DNA from: the human T2T-CHM13v2.0 reference genome, Homo sapiens
Reading direction: 5' to 3'
Length of the DNA stretch: 64,000 nucleotides
Assembly: GCA_009914755.4 (NCBI GenBank)
Contig: CP086569.2
Span: 2,944,001 to 3,008,000, forward strand
The notes under the pieces were generated by a model that saw only the letters and a program-made list of their open reading frames with translations, was not told the DNA's origin and did no database searches. Positions 13,691 through 26,699 of the stretch are shown piece by piece (the stretch's first letter is position 1; every line of letters begins with the position of its first letter). Position numbers and translations under genes: made by a program.

Positions 13691-15289
13691 TAATTGCTTT
13701 TCACTTCTGCGACTGGTATTACCCATTATAACTACATTCTTCTGTCCCTGTACAGTGAGGAAGATTTAGACATAACATGTGATTATAAATTAAAGAAAGC
13801 AAATTAAACTTTCTAATCATGAACTGCATGCTTACTCCCTATTTGCTCATTCTTATCCAATGACTCACAGTATCTGTAAGATTACTTTAAAAAAACTATA
13901 GTTGAAAATAATTTAAAGTAAAACACCAAATAATGAAATACAACATTAAATTGAACATGTCTGAATATTAATTTGGTGTCCTACACAAACGTTCAAATAA
14001 TAATTCGAAGATTTGAATGAGGCACCTCGTGTATGTAAAATTCAACTTCCTCAGTAAATCATCTATAAAATGTATTATGTTTTCTTTAATTAGTTTTGTT
14101 TGCTGCCATCTTTCATAAAACAAGAAATCCTGGTAGGGTAACTTACTAGATATTACTTGTTTAATACACAGTGCTCATATATGCTAATTTTCATTTGTGA
14201 AAACTTAATGATCAATCTCTAATAATGTGGTAATTCATTTTACGGTACAATTTAAATAAACATGGATGAATTTTTCTAAACAAACCTTTGTCTTATATTG
14301 AATAGGTATTTTAATTCTCTATAGGTACAAACTAATCATTTTTTCCCATGAACATAAAAATGTGGTGGCAAATTAAAGATTTCTGATTATAGAGTTTCAT
14401 TTTGAGAACTAATAATTCTTTTAAATATTAATAGATTATGTTAATTTTTTAATTTTAGAAAAATTGAACCAAGGCACTCATTGTGTAAGATAAAAGGACA
14501 TCAAAATGTTTTTGTTTTCTAATTTTTAAACAAATATTTTTTATCTCTAAGTGTCTGAAAATGCAAATCTGAGATTTTGAGAAAATTTATAACAAAATCA
14601 AAGGATCTTACACCATTTAGCGCATAGTATCAAATCACTATTGTTCTGTATTTTGTCATTTCAATTCACATATGTCATATAGTGAGATTGGTAGGATTTT
14701 TTTTTCATAGTCTTAAAGAGGTTATATTGTTTGTCTTAGTAATGACTATTTGATTATGTTTGCCCACAGCATATACCTTAAGTCTTATCTCACAATTTCC
14801 TAAGGCTAATTTTAGCACCCTGAAAGGGAGACATTTTGCATTTTAATGCTGATTCATTACTAACAGGTGAGACTTAACTATTGCTCTTAAAAATTGTTAT
14901 AAGTATGATGTTCACAACTGTGACCAACATATAAAAAATACTAATATCCGTAATGAAGTGACTATAGGGACATAGATACATTGTAATTTTCCTCAATGTT
15001 CAAAATAATTTTAATGGTTTTCATTTCTAAATAAATAGCATTTTAGCTATTTGGGCTGTCAAAGCCTTGGAGGTCAATTTGTCTACATTTGCTCTACGTG
15101 GACAAAATCACATTATTCCACAACTGGCGAAATCTGTTTGCTTGTGATTCTTGAATAGCAAGCATAGAATTTCCTTTCTTATTAGATTTGCTCAGGTTGG
15201 CAGACACGGTAAAATCAAATACACACATTTTAAAAATTAAACAACTATTCCAACTCCCATGGCATATAACACGTAACACAGTTCAGGAT

Positions 15290-15490
15290 ATATTTCATTA
15301 GTGTAACACATACTAAATATGATTCATGTAGTGCTTCATATGTGCCAGCAACTGCTATGTAAACATTAATCCGTTTAATTATCACAATGCCATCATGAAT
15401 ATGTACAGTAAATATCTGCACAAGTGAGGAAACTAAGGCACAGATGGGTTAATTTGCCAAGAACATAGTTCAAGTTAGTACATGAATTAA
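15290..15490 (-). mobile_element. MIR fragment
   Basis: gcacaagtgaggaaactaaggcacagatgggttaatttgccaagaacatagttcaagttagtacatgaat resembles the reverse complement of the MIR core (acagatgaggaaactgaggctcagagaggttaagtaacttgcccaaggtcacacagc). Confidence 0.5.
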
Positions 15491-17337
15491 ATACATGATT
15501 TAAAACCACGTAATATAGATCTAGAGTTCAAGCTTCTTATCTTCTTATTGTATTGTTTAATCTAAAACAAGATTATTCATAAAAAGCTTAAAACATGTCA
15601 TATTGTGCTAAGAATATCTGGAGGCCTTTGTAGCTATTTTTTTTATTTCAACAGGTTTTGGGGTAACAGGTGGTGTTTGGTTACATGGATAAGTTCTTCA
15701 GTGGTGATTTCTGAGGTTTTGGTACACCCGTCACCCCAGCAGTGTACACTGTACCCAGTGTATAGTCTTTTGTCCCTCACTCCACTCCCACCCTTGCCCC
15801 GTGTCCCCAAAGTCCATTGTATCATTCCTATGCTTTTGCATCCTCATAGCTTAGCTCCCACTTATGAACGAGAACATATGATATTTGCTTTTCCATTCCT
15901 GTTACTGCACTTAAAATAATGGTCTCCAGTTCCATCTGGGTTGCTGTGAATGCCACTATTTTGTTCCTTTTTTTGACTGAGTAGTATTCCATGGTATATA
16001 CCACATTTTCTTTATCCACTCTTTAATTGATGGCATGTAGGCTTGTTCCATATTTTTGCAATTGCAAAATGTGCTGCTATAAACATGCATGTGAAAGTAT
16101 CTTTTTGGTATAATGACTTATTTTCCTCTGGGTAGACACCCAGTAGTGGGATTGCTGGATCAAATGGTAGATCTACATTTAGTTCTTTACAGAATCTCCA
16201 TACTATTTTCCAAAGTGGTCGTACTAGTGTTCCATTTTCACCACATCCACATCAACATCTATTAGTTTTTGATTTTTTGATTACAGCCGTTCTTGCAGAA
16301 GTAAGGTGGTATTGCATTGTGGCTTTGATTTGCATTTCCCTGATCATTAGTGATGTTGAGCATTTTTTCATATGTTTGTTGGCCATTTGTATATCTTCTT
16401 TTGAGAATTGTCTATTCATGTCCTTAGCTCATTTTTTGATGGGACTGTTTGTTTTTCTTGCTGATTTGTTTGACTTCCTTGTAGATTCTGGATATTAGCC
16501 CTTTGTCAGATGTATAGATTGAGAAGTTTTCTCCCACTCTGTAGGCTGTCTGTTTACTCTGCTGATTGTTTCTTTTGCTGTACAGAAGCTTTTTAGTTTA
16601 ATTAGGTGTCATCTATTTATATTTGTTTTTGTTGCATTTGCTTTGGGGTTCTTGGTCATGAGGTCTTTGCCTAAGCCAATATCTAGAAGGGTTTTTTCCT
16701 ATGTTATCTTCTATAATTTTTATGGTTTCAGGTCTTAGATTTAAGTCTTTGATGCATCTTGAGTTGGCTTTTGTGAAAGATGAGAGATGAGGATCCAGTT
16801 CCATTCTTCTACATGTGGCTAGCCAATAATCCCAACACCATTTGTTGAATAGGGTGTCCTTTTCCCACTTTATGTGTTTGTTTGCTTTGTTGAAAATCAG
16901 TTGGCTGTAAGTATTTGGCTTTATTTCTGGGTTCTCTATTCCGTTCCATTGGTCTATGTGACTATTTTTATACCAGTGCCATGCTGTTTTGGTGACTATG
17001 GGCTTATAGTATAGTTTGAAGTTGGGTAACGTCATGACTCCAGATTTGTTCTTTTTGCTTAGTCTTGCTTTGGCTATGATGGCTCTTTTTTGGGGGTGCC
17101 ATATAAATTTAGAATTTTTTTTCTAGTTTTGTGAAGAATGATGGTGGTATTTTGATGGGAATTACATTTAATTTGTTGATTGCTTTTGACAGTATGTCAT
17201 TTTCACAATATTGATCCTACCTATCCATGAGCATGGGATGTGTTTCTACTTGTTTGTTTTGTCTATGATTTATTTCAGCAGTGTTTTATAATTTCCTTGT
17301 AGTGGTCTTTTGCCTCCTTGGCTAGGTATATTCCTAA

Positions 17338-17408
17338 GTATTTTATTTTATTTTATTTTATTTTATTTTATTTTATTTTATTTTTATTTTATTTTATTTT
17401 ATTATTTT
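17338..17408. repeat. (TTTTA)n microsatellite, ~13 units, inside the L1
   Basis: tattttattttattttatttt... read directly. Confidence 0.9.
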
Positions 17409-19189
17409 TGCAGCTTTTGTAAAAGTGGTTGAGTTCTTGAATTGATTCTCACCTTGGTATCTGTTGGTGTATAGCAGTGCTACTGATTTGAGTATATTAA
17501 TTTTGTATCCTAAAACTTCTGAATTCATTTATCAGTTATATGAGCTTTTTGGATGAGTCTTTAGGGTTTTCTAGGTATAAAATCATATCATCAGCAAACA
17601 GTGACAGTTTGACTTCCTCTTTACCAATTTGGATGCCCTTTATTTCTTTCTCTTGTCTGGTTTCTCTGGCTATGACTTCCAGCACTATATTGAATAGAAG
17701 TGGTGGAAGTGGACATCTTTGTCTTGTTCCAGTTCTTAGGGAAATGTTTATGTTTTTCCCTGTTCAGTATAATATTGGTTGTGGGTTTCTCATAGATAGC
17801 TTTTATTACATTAAATTATGTCCCTTCTATGCCGATTTTGCTGAGGGTTTTAATCATAAAGGATGCTGGATTTTGTCAAATGCTTTTTCTGCATCTATTG
17901 AGATGATCATGTGATTTTTGTTTTTAATTCTGTTTAAGTGGTGTATCACATTTATTGACTTACTTATGTTAAACCATCCCTGCATACCTGAAATGAAACC
18001 CACATGATCATGGTGCATTATCTTTTTATATGCTGATGGATTCAGTTAGCTAGTATTTTATTGAGGATTTTTACCTCTATGTTCATTAGGGATCTTGGTC
18101 TTTAGTTTTCTTTTTCTCCCATGTCCTTTCCTGGTTTTTGGTATTAGGGTGATACTGGTTTCATAAACTGATATAATGAGGATTCCTTCTTATTCTATCT
18201 TGTGGAACAGTGTCAATAGGATTGGTACCAATTCTTCTTTGAATGTCTGATAGAATTCAGCTATAAATCCATTTGATCCTGGACTTTTTGATGTTGTTAT
18301 TGTTGGCAATTTTTATATCACCATTTCAATCTCACTGCTTGTTATTGGTCTGCTCAGTTTCTATTTCTGGTTTAATCCTGGTTTAATCTAGGAAGGTTTC
18401 ATATTTTCAGGAATTTATCCATATCCTCTAGGTTTTCTAGTTTATGTGCATAAAGGTGTTCATAGTAACTTTGAATGGTCTCTTGTATTTCGGTAGTATT
18501 GGTTGTAATATCTTCCATTTTCTTTCTAACTGAGCTATTTGAATCTTCTCTCTTTTCTTTGTTAATTTCACTAATGGTTTTTCAATTTTATTTATCTTTT
18601 CAAATACAAAGCTTTTTGTTTTATCTTTTGTATTTTTCTATTCTTTCTTTCACTTTCATTTAGTTCTGCTCTTATCTTTGTTATTTATTTTCTTCTGCTG
18701 GTTTGTGGTTTGGTTTGTTCTTGTTTCTCTAGTTCCTTGAAGTGTGACTTTAGATGGTCTATTTGTGCTCCTTCAGACTTTTGGATGTAAGTGTTTAAGG
18801 CTGTGAACTTTCCTCTTAGACATGTTCTGCTGTATCCCAGATATTTTGATAGGTTGTGTCACTATTATCATTCAGTTCAAAGAATTTTTTTATTTCTATT
18901 TTGATTTTGTTGTTGACCCAAAGATCATTCAGAAGCAGGTTATTTAATTTCAATGTATTTTCATGCTTTCGAGAGTTTCTTTTGGAGTTGGGCTCCAATT
19001 GTATTCCACAGAGGTCTGAGAGAGTACTTGATATAATTTTGATTTTCTTAAATTTATTGAGACTTGTTTTGTGTCCTATCACATGGCCTATCTTGGAGAA
19101 TGTTCCTTATGCTGATGAATAGAATGTATATTCTGCAGTTATTGGGTAGAATGTCTGTAAATATCTATTACATCCATCTATTCTAGGGG

Positions 19190-19420
19190 CTCACCACAAC
19201 CTCTGCTTCCCAGGATCAAGCAATTCTCCTGCCTCAGCCTCCTGATTAGCTGGGATTACAGGCATGCACCACCACACCTGGCTAACTTTTTGTATTTTTA
19301 GTAGAGATGGGGTTTCATCATGTTGGCCAGGCTGGTCTCGAACTCCCAACCTATGTGATCCACCCGCCTCAGCCTCCCAAAGTGCTGAGATTACAGGCAT
19401 GAGCCACTGCCCCCAGCCCC
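19190..19420 (-). mobile_element. Alu nested in the L1 ORF2 region; lacks its last ~55 bp and poly(A); flanked by 7-bp direct repeats (tctaggg)
   Basis: ggctcaccacaacctctgcttcccaggatcaagcaattctcctgcctcagcctcc...ggattacaggcatgagccactgcccccagcccc is the reverse complement of Alu from about position 230 back to position 1. tctaggg occurs immediately before (19183-19189) and after (19421-19427). Confidence 0.8.
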
Positions 19421-22400
19421 TCTAGGGTATAGTTTAAGTCCATTTTTTTGTTGTTGTTACTAATTGCTGTCTTTTTTTGTCGTTGTTATTAACCTGCCTA
19501 GTGCAGTCGATGGAATATTGTAGTCCCCCACTCTTATCGTGTTGCTGTCTATCGCATTTCTTAGGTTCAGTAGTAATTGTTTTATGAAGTTGGGAGCTCC
19601 AGTATTAGGTGCATATATATTTAGAATTGTTATATTTCCTTGTTGAACCAGTCCTTTTATTATTATATAATCCCTCTTTGTCTTTTTTAACTGCTGTTGC
19701 TTTAAAGTGTGTTTTTTTCTGATATAAGAACAGCTACTCCTACTGGCATTTGGTGTCCATTTGCATGGAAAATCTTTTTTCACTCCTTTCCCTCAAGTTT
19801 ATATGAGTATTTATGTGTTAGGTGAGTATCTTGAAGATAGCAGATACTTGGTGAATTTTTAATCATCCTGCCATTCTGTAACTTTAAGTGGAGCATTTAG
19901 GCCACTTGCATTCAACATTAGCATTGAGATGTGAGGTACTATTCTATTCATTATGCTATTTGTTGCCTGAATATTTAGGATTATGTTCACTGTGTTATTT
20001 TTATATATGTCCTGTTAGATTTATGCTTTAAGGAGGTTCTATTTTGGTTTATTTTGAGGTTTTGTTTCAAGACTTAGAGTTTGAAACAAAACAGCTGCTT
20101 TTAGCAGTTCTTGTAGTGCTGGCTTGGTAGTTGGTGAATTCTCTAAGCATTTGTGTGTCTGAAAAAGACTATATATTTTCTTATTTATGGAACTTTGTTT
20201 CTCTAGATGAAAAATTATTGGCTTATAATTGTTTTGTTTAAGGAGGCTAAAGGACCCCAATGTCTTCTGGTCTATAGAGTTTCTGCTATCTGATAGGTTT
20301 TCCTTTATAAGTTACCTGATGTTTTTGCCTCACAGCTCTTAAGATTCTTTTCTTCATCTTGACTTTAGATATTCTTTAGACTGTGTTCCTAGGTGATGAT
20401 CTTTTTGTGATGAATTTCCCAGGTGTTCTTTAAGCTTCTTGTATTTGGAGGTCTAGATCTCTAGCAAGACTGGGGAAGTTTTCCTCAATTATTCCCTCAA
20501 ATATGTTTTTCAAACTTTTTGATTTCTCCCTCAAGAAGCAATTATTCTTAAATTTGGCCATTTAACATATCCCAGACTTTTTGGAGACTTTGTCTTTTTA
20601 AAATTTTTTTTTTTGTCTTTGTAGGATTGTGTTAATTCAAAAGCCTTGTCTTCAAGCTCTGAATTTCTTTCTTCTACTTGTTTAACTCTATTGCTGAAAC
20701 TTTCCAGGGTATTTGGCATTTCTGTAAGTGTGTCCTTCATTTCCAGAAGTTCTGATTGCTCTTTTATTTATGTTATGTATTCATTTGGAGATTGTTTTTG
20801 TCCATATCCTGTAACTTTTAAAAAATTTCTTTGAGTTGATATTCACCTTTCTCTGGTGCCTCCTTGAGTAGCTTAAAAGGCAACCTTCTGAATTCTTTTT
20901 CTGGCAATTCAGATATTTCTTCTTGGTTTGGATTCATTGCTGGTGAGCTAGCATGATCTTTTGGAGTGTTAAAGAACTTTTCTTTGTCACATTACCAGAA
21001 CTGTCCTGCCAGTTCCTTCTTATTTGGGTAGACTATGTCAGAGGGAGGACCTGGGGCTCAAGGGCTGCTGTTCAGATTATTTTGTCCCATGGGGTGCTCC
21101 CTGGATGTGGGTGCTCAGAGATGTGGCTTCCTGAGAAGTGAACTGCAGTGAATGTTATTTTTCTTCTGGATGTAGGTGCCCAGCTACTTGGGAATGTCTG
21201 CAAAGAGACCTGTGATGTGATCCATCTTCAGGTCTCTCAACCTTGGATACTAGCACCTGTTCTGGTGGAGGTAGCAGGCGAGTGAAGTGGACTCTGTGAG
21301 GGTTCTTGGTTGTATTTTTGTTTATTGTGGTAGTTTTGTGTTGATTGGCCTGAAGCCAGGAGGTGGCGCTTTCAAGAAAGCATCAGCTGTGGTAGTATAG
21401 GGAGGACACAAGCTTGCCTAAGGTCACGAGGATAAGTTTCTCAGGCAGCAGGCAGCCCATAGAGCTCCCAAGCGATTATGTTCTTTGTCTTCAGCTACCA
21501 GGAAGGGTAGAAAAAGACCATTAGGTGTGGGCAGGGTTAGGTGTGTCTGAGTTCAGACTCCCCTTGGGCCAGGCTTGCTGAGGCCGCTGTGCGGGATTGG
21601 GGTGTGGTTCTTAGGCCAATAGAGGAATGTTTCTAGGGGAATTATGACTGCCTCTGCTGCATAATGCAGGCTGCCAGGGAAGTGGGGGAAAGCCAGCAGT
21701 TACAGGCCTCACCCAGCTCCCATGCAGCCCAAAAGGCTGGTCTCACTCCCACTATGCCCCCACCATCAGCACCCAGTTTACTTCCAGGCAGCTGGTGTGC
21801 AGGGCTGAGGACTTGCCCCAGGCTTCAGGTCTCCCTGCTGTAAAAGCAAGCAGGGCCTTTAGGTTTCATGCCTCCCCACCAGCCACAACTTATGTGCTGT
21901 GATTTCACTCCCCAGTTAACCCTCTCCCCCAGATTATGTCGAGGAAACTTTGTGTTCTGTCAAAATTGTTACAAAGTTCAGTTGGAGGTTTCCTTCTCCC
22001 TGTGGTCTTTCCCCAATTCCACAGGCGGCCTTACCCAAGGATCCTTGTGAGATAAAGTCAGAAATGGCTTTCCCAGAAACCAAGAATGCCAACAGGCCTC
22101 GTCCCACAGCTTTCTCTATCCCTCTATTTTGCCCAGCTCTCTAAGTTCATCTCAGCTCCAGGTAAAGTCAAATCCTTCTCCCATGATGTGGACATTAAGG
22201 TTCCCCAGTGAGGATGATTGTTTAGGGGCAGACGATCCCCCTTTCACATTTTCACGCTTTGGGCACTCAGAGTTTTTCGGCCATTTCCTGGAGCCTGAAG
22301 TAGCAATTCACTTCTTTCAAAGGGTCTGTGGATTCCTTTGGCTTTCCTGGTATGGTCCTGCTGTGGTTCTTCAAGCAAAAGTTTTGGATATGGGTATCCA

Positions 22401-23792
22401 CATGCTGCTCTGTCCATGTAAGTGGGAGCTGTAAGTTAGTCCTTCCTCCTACCCACTGTTTTCCCAAAGATCCAGCCTCTGAGATTTTGTTATTTATATC
22501 TTTCCTTTATGAAACTATCACCTGTCTAGTTCTTCAGAAGAAGAAGTTCGTAAATTTATTCCTTTGTTGTATTATTCAATAAGCCTGGTACAAATTTTAG
22601 GTATAAGTTCCAGTCAGACATATCAGTTTTGAACCATAAAATCATGGCACTTGTGTATTTTTTTAGTAGTTTTACAGCATGCAACAAAATATCTGCTACC
22701 AATGATAGCTGAAGTGCCAGTATTTTGAAATAATTTTCTGTCTATTCCATTGAATTCTGCATTTTCCCCATAATGTCACTTTTAGTTATTTGCAACCCGC
22801 CATTGTAACTGATATGCCTTTAATAAGAATAGAAAGTATATATTATACTGCCTCATTTTGCACAAAATTAAGCACTTTCTTATTTGCTAAAATCTTATTA
22901 CATTCATGACAATATGACAAGATGGTCAATAGCATGCCATCAGTATTATGGTAGAAAAAATTAGCAAATATCCAGTCTTAGCTCATAAATATGCAAGCAG
23001 CTAGGGACTTCTTTTTTGTCTCCACATAAAGTATATTTTTTGATATCCTGATAGTTATTGCAAATCATATATCCCAAATCAAAATAGTCTTGAGTATATT
23101 CAGGATGCTGAATGTAGCAAGTAAATTTTCCTGTGTTCCTTACATAGACTTGGTAGTATCAGCAATCAGTCACCGCATTGCTCTATCTGCTGATAGGTGG
23201 CTGTCATAAGAAAATACCTTAGGTGATTACAAACTCTTACAGTCTCCTCCTTTTCCATGTATTTTTCCTAGTTTTCAGGTCTATATGTAATAGTGCTTAT
23301 CAAATAATTTCAGTCTGTCTATATTCAAGTTGCCATTTCTGTGGTCTTTTGAACCACAGCACACAATCCTGTCACCAGTGATTCCACATGTTAGAAGTCC
23401 ATATTTTATAACAGACGGCTTATTACATGTCACACTATATGAATGACCCTGTGCTTCTCTCTCAAAGTGGAAAGTCTATATAACAGTTGCTATTACTTGG
23501 TGAAGTCCCTGGAATTGCTTGCCTCTATCCACAGTTTGCCAGAGACCTTTGAATTTCTAGGGTTTTTTCACCATATTTTAAATGTATCTCAGGGAATTAG
23601 GCTGTTGTGTGTCAGTATTAGGTTTAGCCACAGCACACTGGATTACTAGAACACCTATTTCAGCCCCTGCTGCCTAGAAATTCCAAATGAAAAATTCCTT
23701 AAACCTACTTTATTTCTCCTAGTACATTTTCATGGTGATCTAGAGACTTAGCATTCCTTGTATTAGCCAGGCTTCTATAAAATATTATTCTT

Positions 23793-24102
23793 GGCCAGGT
23801 GTGGTCACTCACACCTGTAATTCCAGCACTTTGGGAGGCTGGAGCAGGTGGACACCTTGAGCCCATGAGTTTGAGACCAGACTGGGTAACATGGAGAAAA
23901 TCCATCTCTACAACAAAAAAACAAAAATTAGTCAGGCGTGGTGATGTGTGCCTGTAGTCCCAGCTGCTTTGGAGGCTGAGATGGGAAGATCATCTTAGCC
24001 AGGGAGGTCAAGGCTGCAGTGACCCATGATTGCGCCATTGTACTCCAGCCTGGGTGACAGAGTCAGACCTTGTCTCAAATTAAAAATAATAATAATAATA
24101 AT
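23793..24102 (+). mobile_element. Full-length Alu (older AluS/AluJ-like subfamily) with an A-rich/(AAT)n tail
   Basis: ggccaggtgtggtcactcacacctgtaattccagcactttgggaggctggagcaggtgga...cactccagcctgggtgacagagtcagaccttgtctcaaattaaaaataataataataataa. Confidence 0.85.
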
Positions 24103-25899
24103 GGTCTTGGTAAATCAACAGATTTAAGAAAAATATTTGGGAGTTTTCCTACATCAGTGTAATGTATGATTCACTATAGCTTGATATAAGAAATAAATCA
24201 AATAAAACATAAATTTAGGAAAAAGTGGAGACTAGTTGTACCTACTTTCAGTTCACCAGTGGCTATACACTAGACAATATCAGTCTTTATTACACTATTG
24301 AATACTGAGTGTGTGTCAGATACAAGATCCTAGATCTGCTTATCAGAAGTATATAAAACTCCACTGAATACATTGTGGACATTCAATAAATATTACAAAA
24401 TAGCAGTGTGTCGAATTGTACAGAAGGCATATGTGCTGACTGAAAAGAGAGAGAATTGTTAGATTTGTTTACTGTAAATGCCAAGGGAGAGGTAAAATTT
24501 CGCTATGCTAGAACTTATTTATATGTATTACTTCATATAAAGAGAATTGTTCAAAGACATGATGGAGGGGAGTTAGGAACATAGACACAACTGAACTTAA
24601 CCTGTGTATTTCAGTGCCCATCAATACAAGGCTATGGCTTCTCTCTTGAGATAGATATCTGTTGTCTCTTGAGGAACCTTTTTATTGTTAAAAGAAGTTT
24701 CTCTTTGGCAATCCATCAAACATAGCAACTTTCAGGAATATCCTTCTGAAATGACTCTAATGATTGTGTTTACACAACCAGACTGTGTTAGTTGCACTTC
24801 CTCTTTTCCAAACATTTTCTTGAATTCAATGAGAAAATATATAGTTTGTATTTTTCAATGAGTTTTCATTATGGTCTGCAAAAACACTCTGGGCTGTTCT
24901 GAGATAGAAATGGATTTGGCAGCCTCAAATTGTTTGTGATATGGAGAGGCCCAGCAATGGTACTTGAACTAAAAACATGATGTGAGGAAGTTCTGTGAAA
25001 ATCATATATCTTGACTTTCAGTTAATGATGGTGGATTAAAACCATCATTTCAGCTCTGTTCCCTCACAAACACCATTAACATTATAGAAAAGGCATTTTA
25101 AAGACATAATCTCATAAAAACTAAATAATGAAAGAAAAGTAGCGGGAAAAAATTAGAGATAAAAATCAGACAGATGAGTGGTTGTTGAGCTACCACAAAG
25201 TCTAAGCAAGGTAATACTAAGATATGTGAATCACAAGCTGGCAATAGAGAAAGTTGAAGAAAGAAATTCAATTTAAATTATACAATGCCCGAAAGGATCC
25301 CTAATTGTTGGCACTGTGTACCTTTGGAAGAACTGGTTGAAAATATTATTAAGAAGCAATTAGATGACCTATCCAGATTCCCTCTAGTGGGTGATTGTCT
25401 TTTCATCATCCCTGCAGAAAACAGGTTTATTCTATGAGGAGGACAAAACAGAGTCTCTGTACTAGGTGAAATAAGATGCAATTTATGTCAGGGGTAGCTT
25501 ACTCAAAGAGGGCTTAACTGAAAGTTTAGGCACTGAATATAGAGATACCTTAGCTGATTTTCTTCTCTCCACATCCAGAACTTTAGTAGACAGAGTTATA
25601 TCCTCCAGAAAAAGGAATGGAAATAATTTCTCGCAAATTTAACCGATTGAAATGGGAAAAATACATATAAAAATAAATAAAAGATTGACAATGATATTAG
25701 AGACTCTTCAGTTAAACTGTCCAGCCATATTATCCATAGCAGAAATATAGTTAACAAACCCCACTCTCATGCTGTTTCAAACATCTTTTTATATTGTCTC
25801 TTTATAATTATGCACAGACCAACAGGAGCACAGGGTTTTGAGGAAATCATTTAACGTGAGAGTCAATGATCTAATCAAATAAACAACAAAAATCAATTT

Positions 25900-26650
25900 T
25901 GAAGGAAATGAGATGATTCAGGGGAAATTATATATGAAAATATATTTCTATTAATAGCCTTAGACAATAAGAGTAAATATCGTATCCAAAAAACAAAAAT
26001 AGGACACTTTGAAAGAAAGACCATCAACATTGATCTCTTGAAAATTAAAAATACGAAAACAAATTAAACCTTAGTAGAAACTTTGGCATATGGAGTTGAA
26101 TAAATCTCCAAGAAAGGAGAATCAAAAGTAAAAAGAAGTAATTAACAAGAGAAAATTTATAAGAAAAATATTGACCAGCACAAAAATTCCAACATCTAAA
26201 TAGTAGGATTTACAGAAAGAGATAACAGAGAAAACTACAATAACAAGAACAGTTTCTTCAAAGAAGAAACAGAATAAAATTTTCTAGAAGGGCAAGTCAT
26301 GAGTGTCCAGACTGAGAGTGTCCACTGAATGCAATTAATTAAAACGGACCTACATTAAGCAACATAACCACGAAATGTTCATATACAGGTTACACTGAAA
26401 ATATACAAGATTTCAGAAAAAAATAAAAGAACAAGACTTATAAGAAAAATCACAAATTAGAATGACAGTAACCTCTCAGCAGTTTCTCAGGAAGCTTAAA
26501 AGCAGTGAAAAATATACTACAATTATGAGAAAAAATATTACAAAACCTAAAATTATACAGCTAACTAAATTATCAATTAAAGTACTATAAAGACATATTA
26601 ACAACTCATTAAATATTGTGTCTCATGTGCTTCAACTTAAGAGAAATTTG
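25900..26650 (+). mobile_element. Possible very old L1 ORF1-like relic (A-rich, lysine/glutamate-rich frames)
   Basis: Weak frame-level resemblance to the L1 ORF1p C-terminal region (e.g. ...PRNVHIQVTLKIYK... versus PRIVYPAKISFK); composition typical of decayed LINE coding sequence. Confidence 0.3.
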
Positions 26651-26699
26651 GAGCATAAACTTTCCAAATCAGGAAAAAAGAAAAAGAGAGAGAGAAAGA

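Larger units (their letters stand above)
15637..22560 (-). mobile_element. Near-full-length old primate L1 (L1PB/older-L1PA-like, ~6.7 kb) with decayed ORF1 and ORF2 and a long 5'UTR; carries a nested Alu and a (TTTTA)n microsatellite
   Basis: The 3' end has a poly(T) at ~15637-15645 followed by the reverse complement of an old-type L1 3'UTR. Minus-strand ORF fragments match ORF2p (16613-17035 ...[20 protein letters not shown]...; 19460-19783 ...ITILNIYAPNTGAPNFIKQ...) and ORF1p (20039-20260, 20531-20740). A GC-richer 5'UTR-like sequence fills ~21050-22560. Confidence 0.8.

Noticed and set aside
17338-17408. Regularly spaced short repeats that might resemble a CRISPR-like array
   Set aside because: This is a simple (TTTTA)n pentanucleotide microsatellite inside an L1. 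There are no spacers, and CRISPR arrays are prokaryotic and would not be expected here.
25900-26650. A-rich segment with lysine-rich frames, considered as a possible small gene or ORF1-like region
   Set aside because: There is only faint frame-level resemblance to L1 ORF1p and no open frame of significant length. It is retained as a low-confidence LINE relic, not as a gene.
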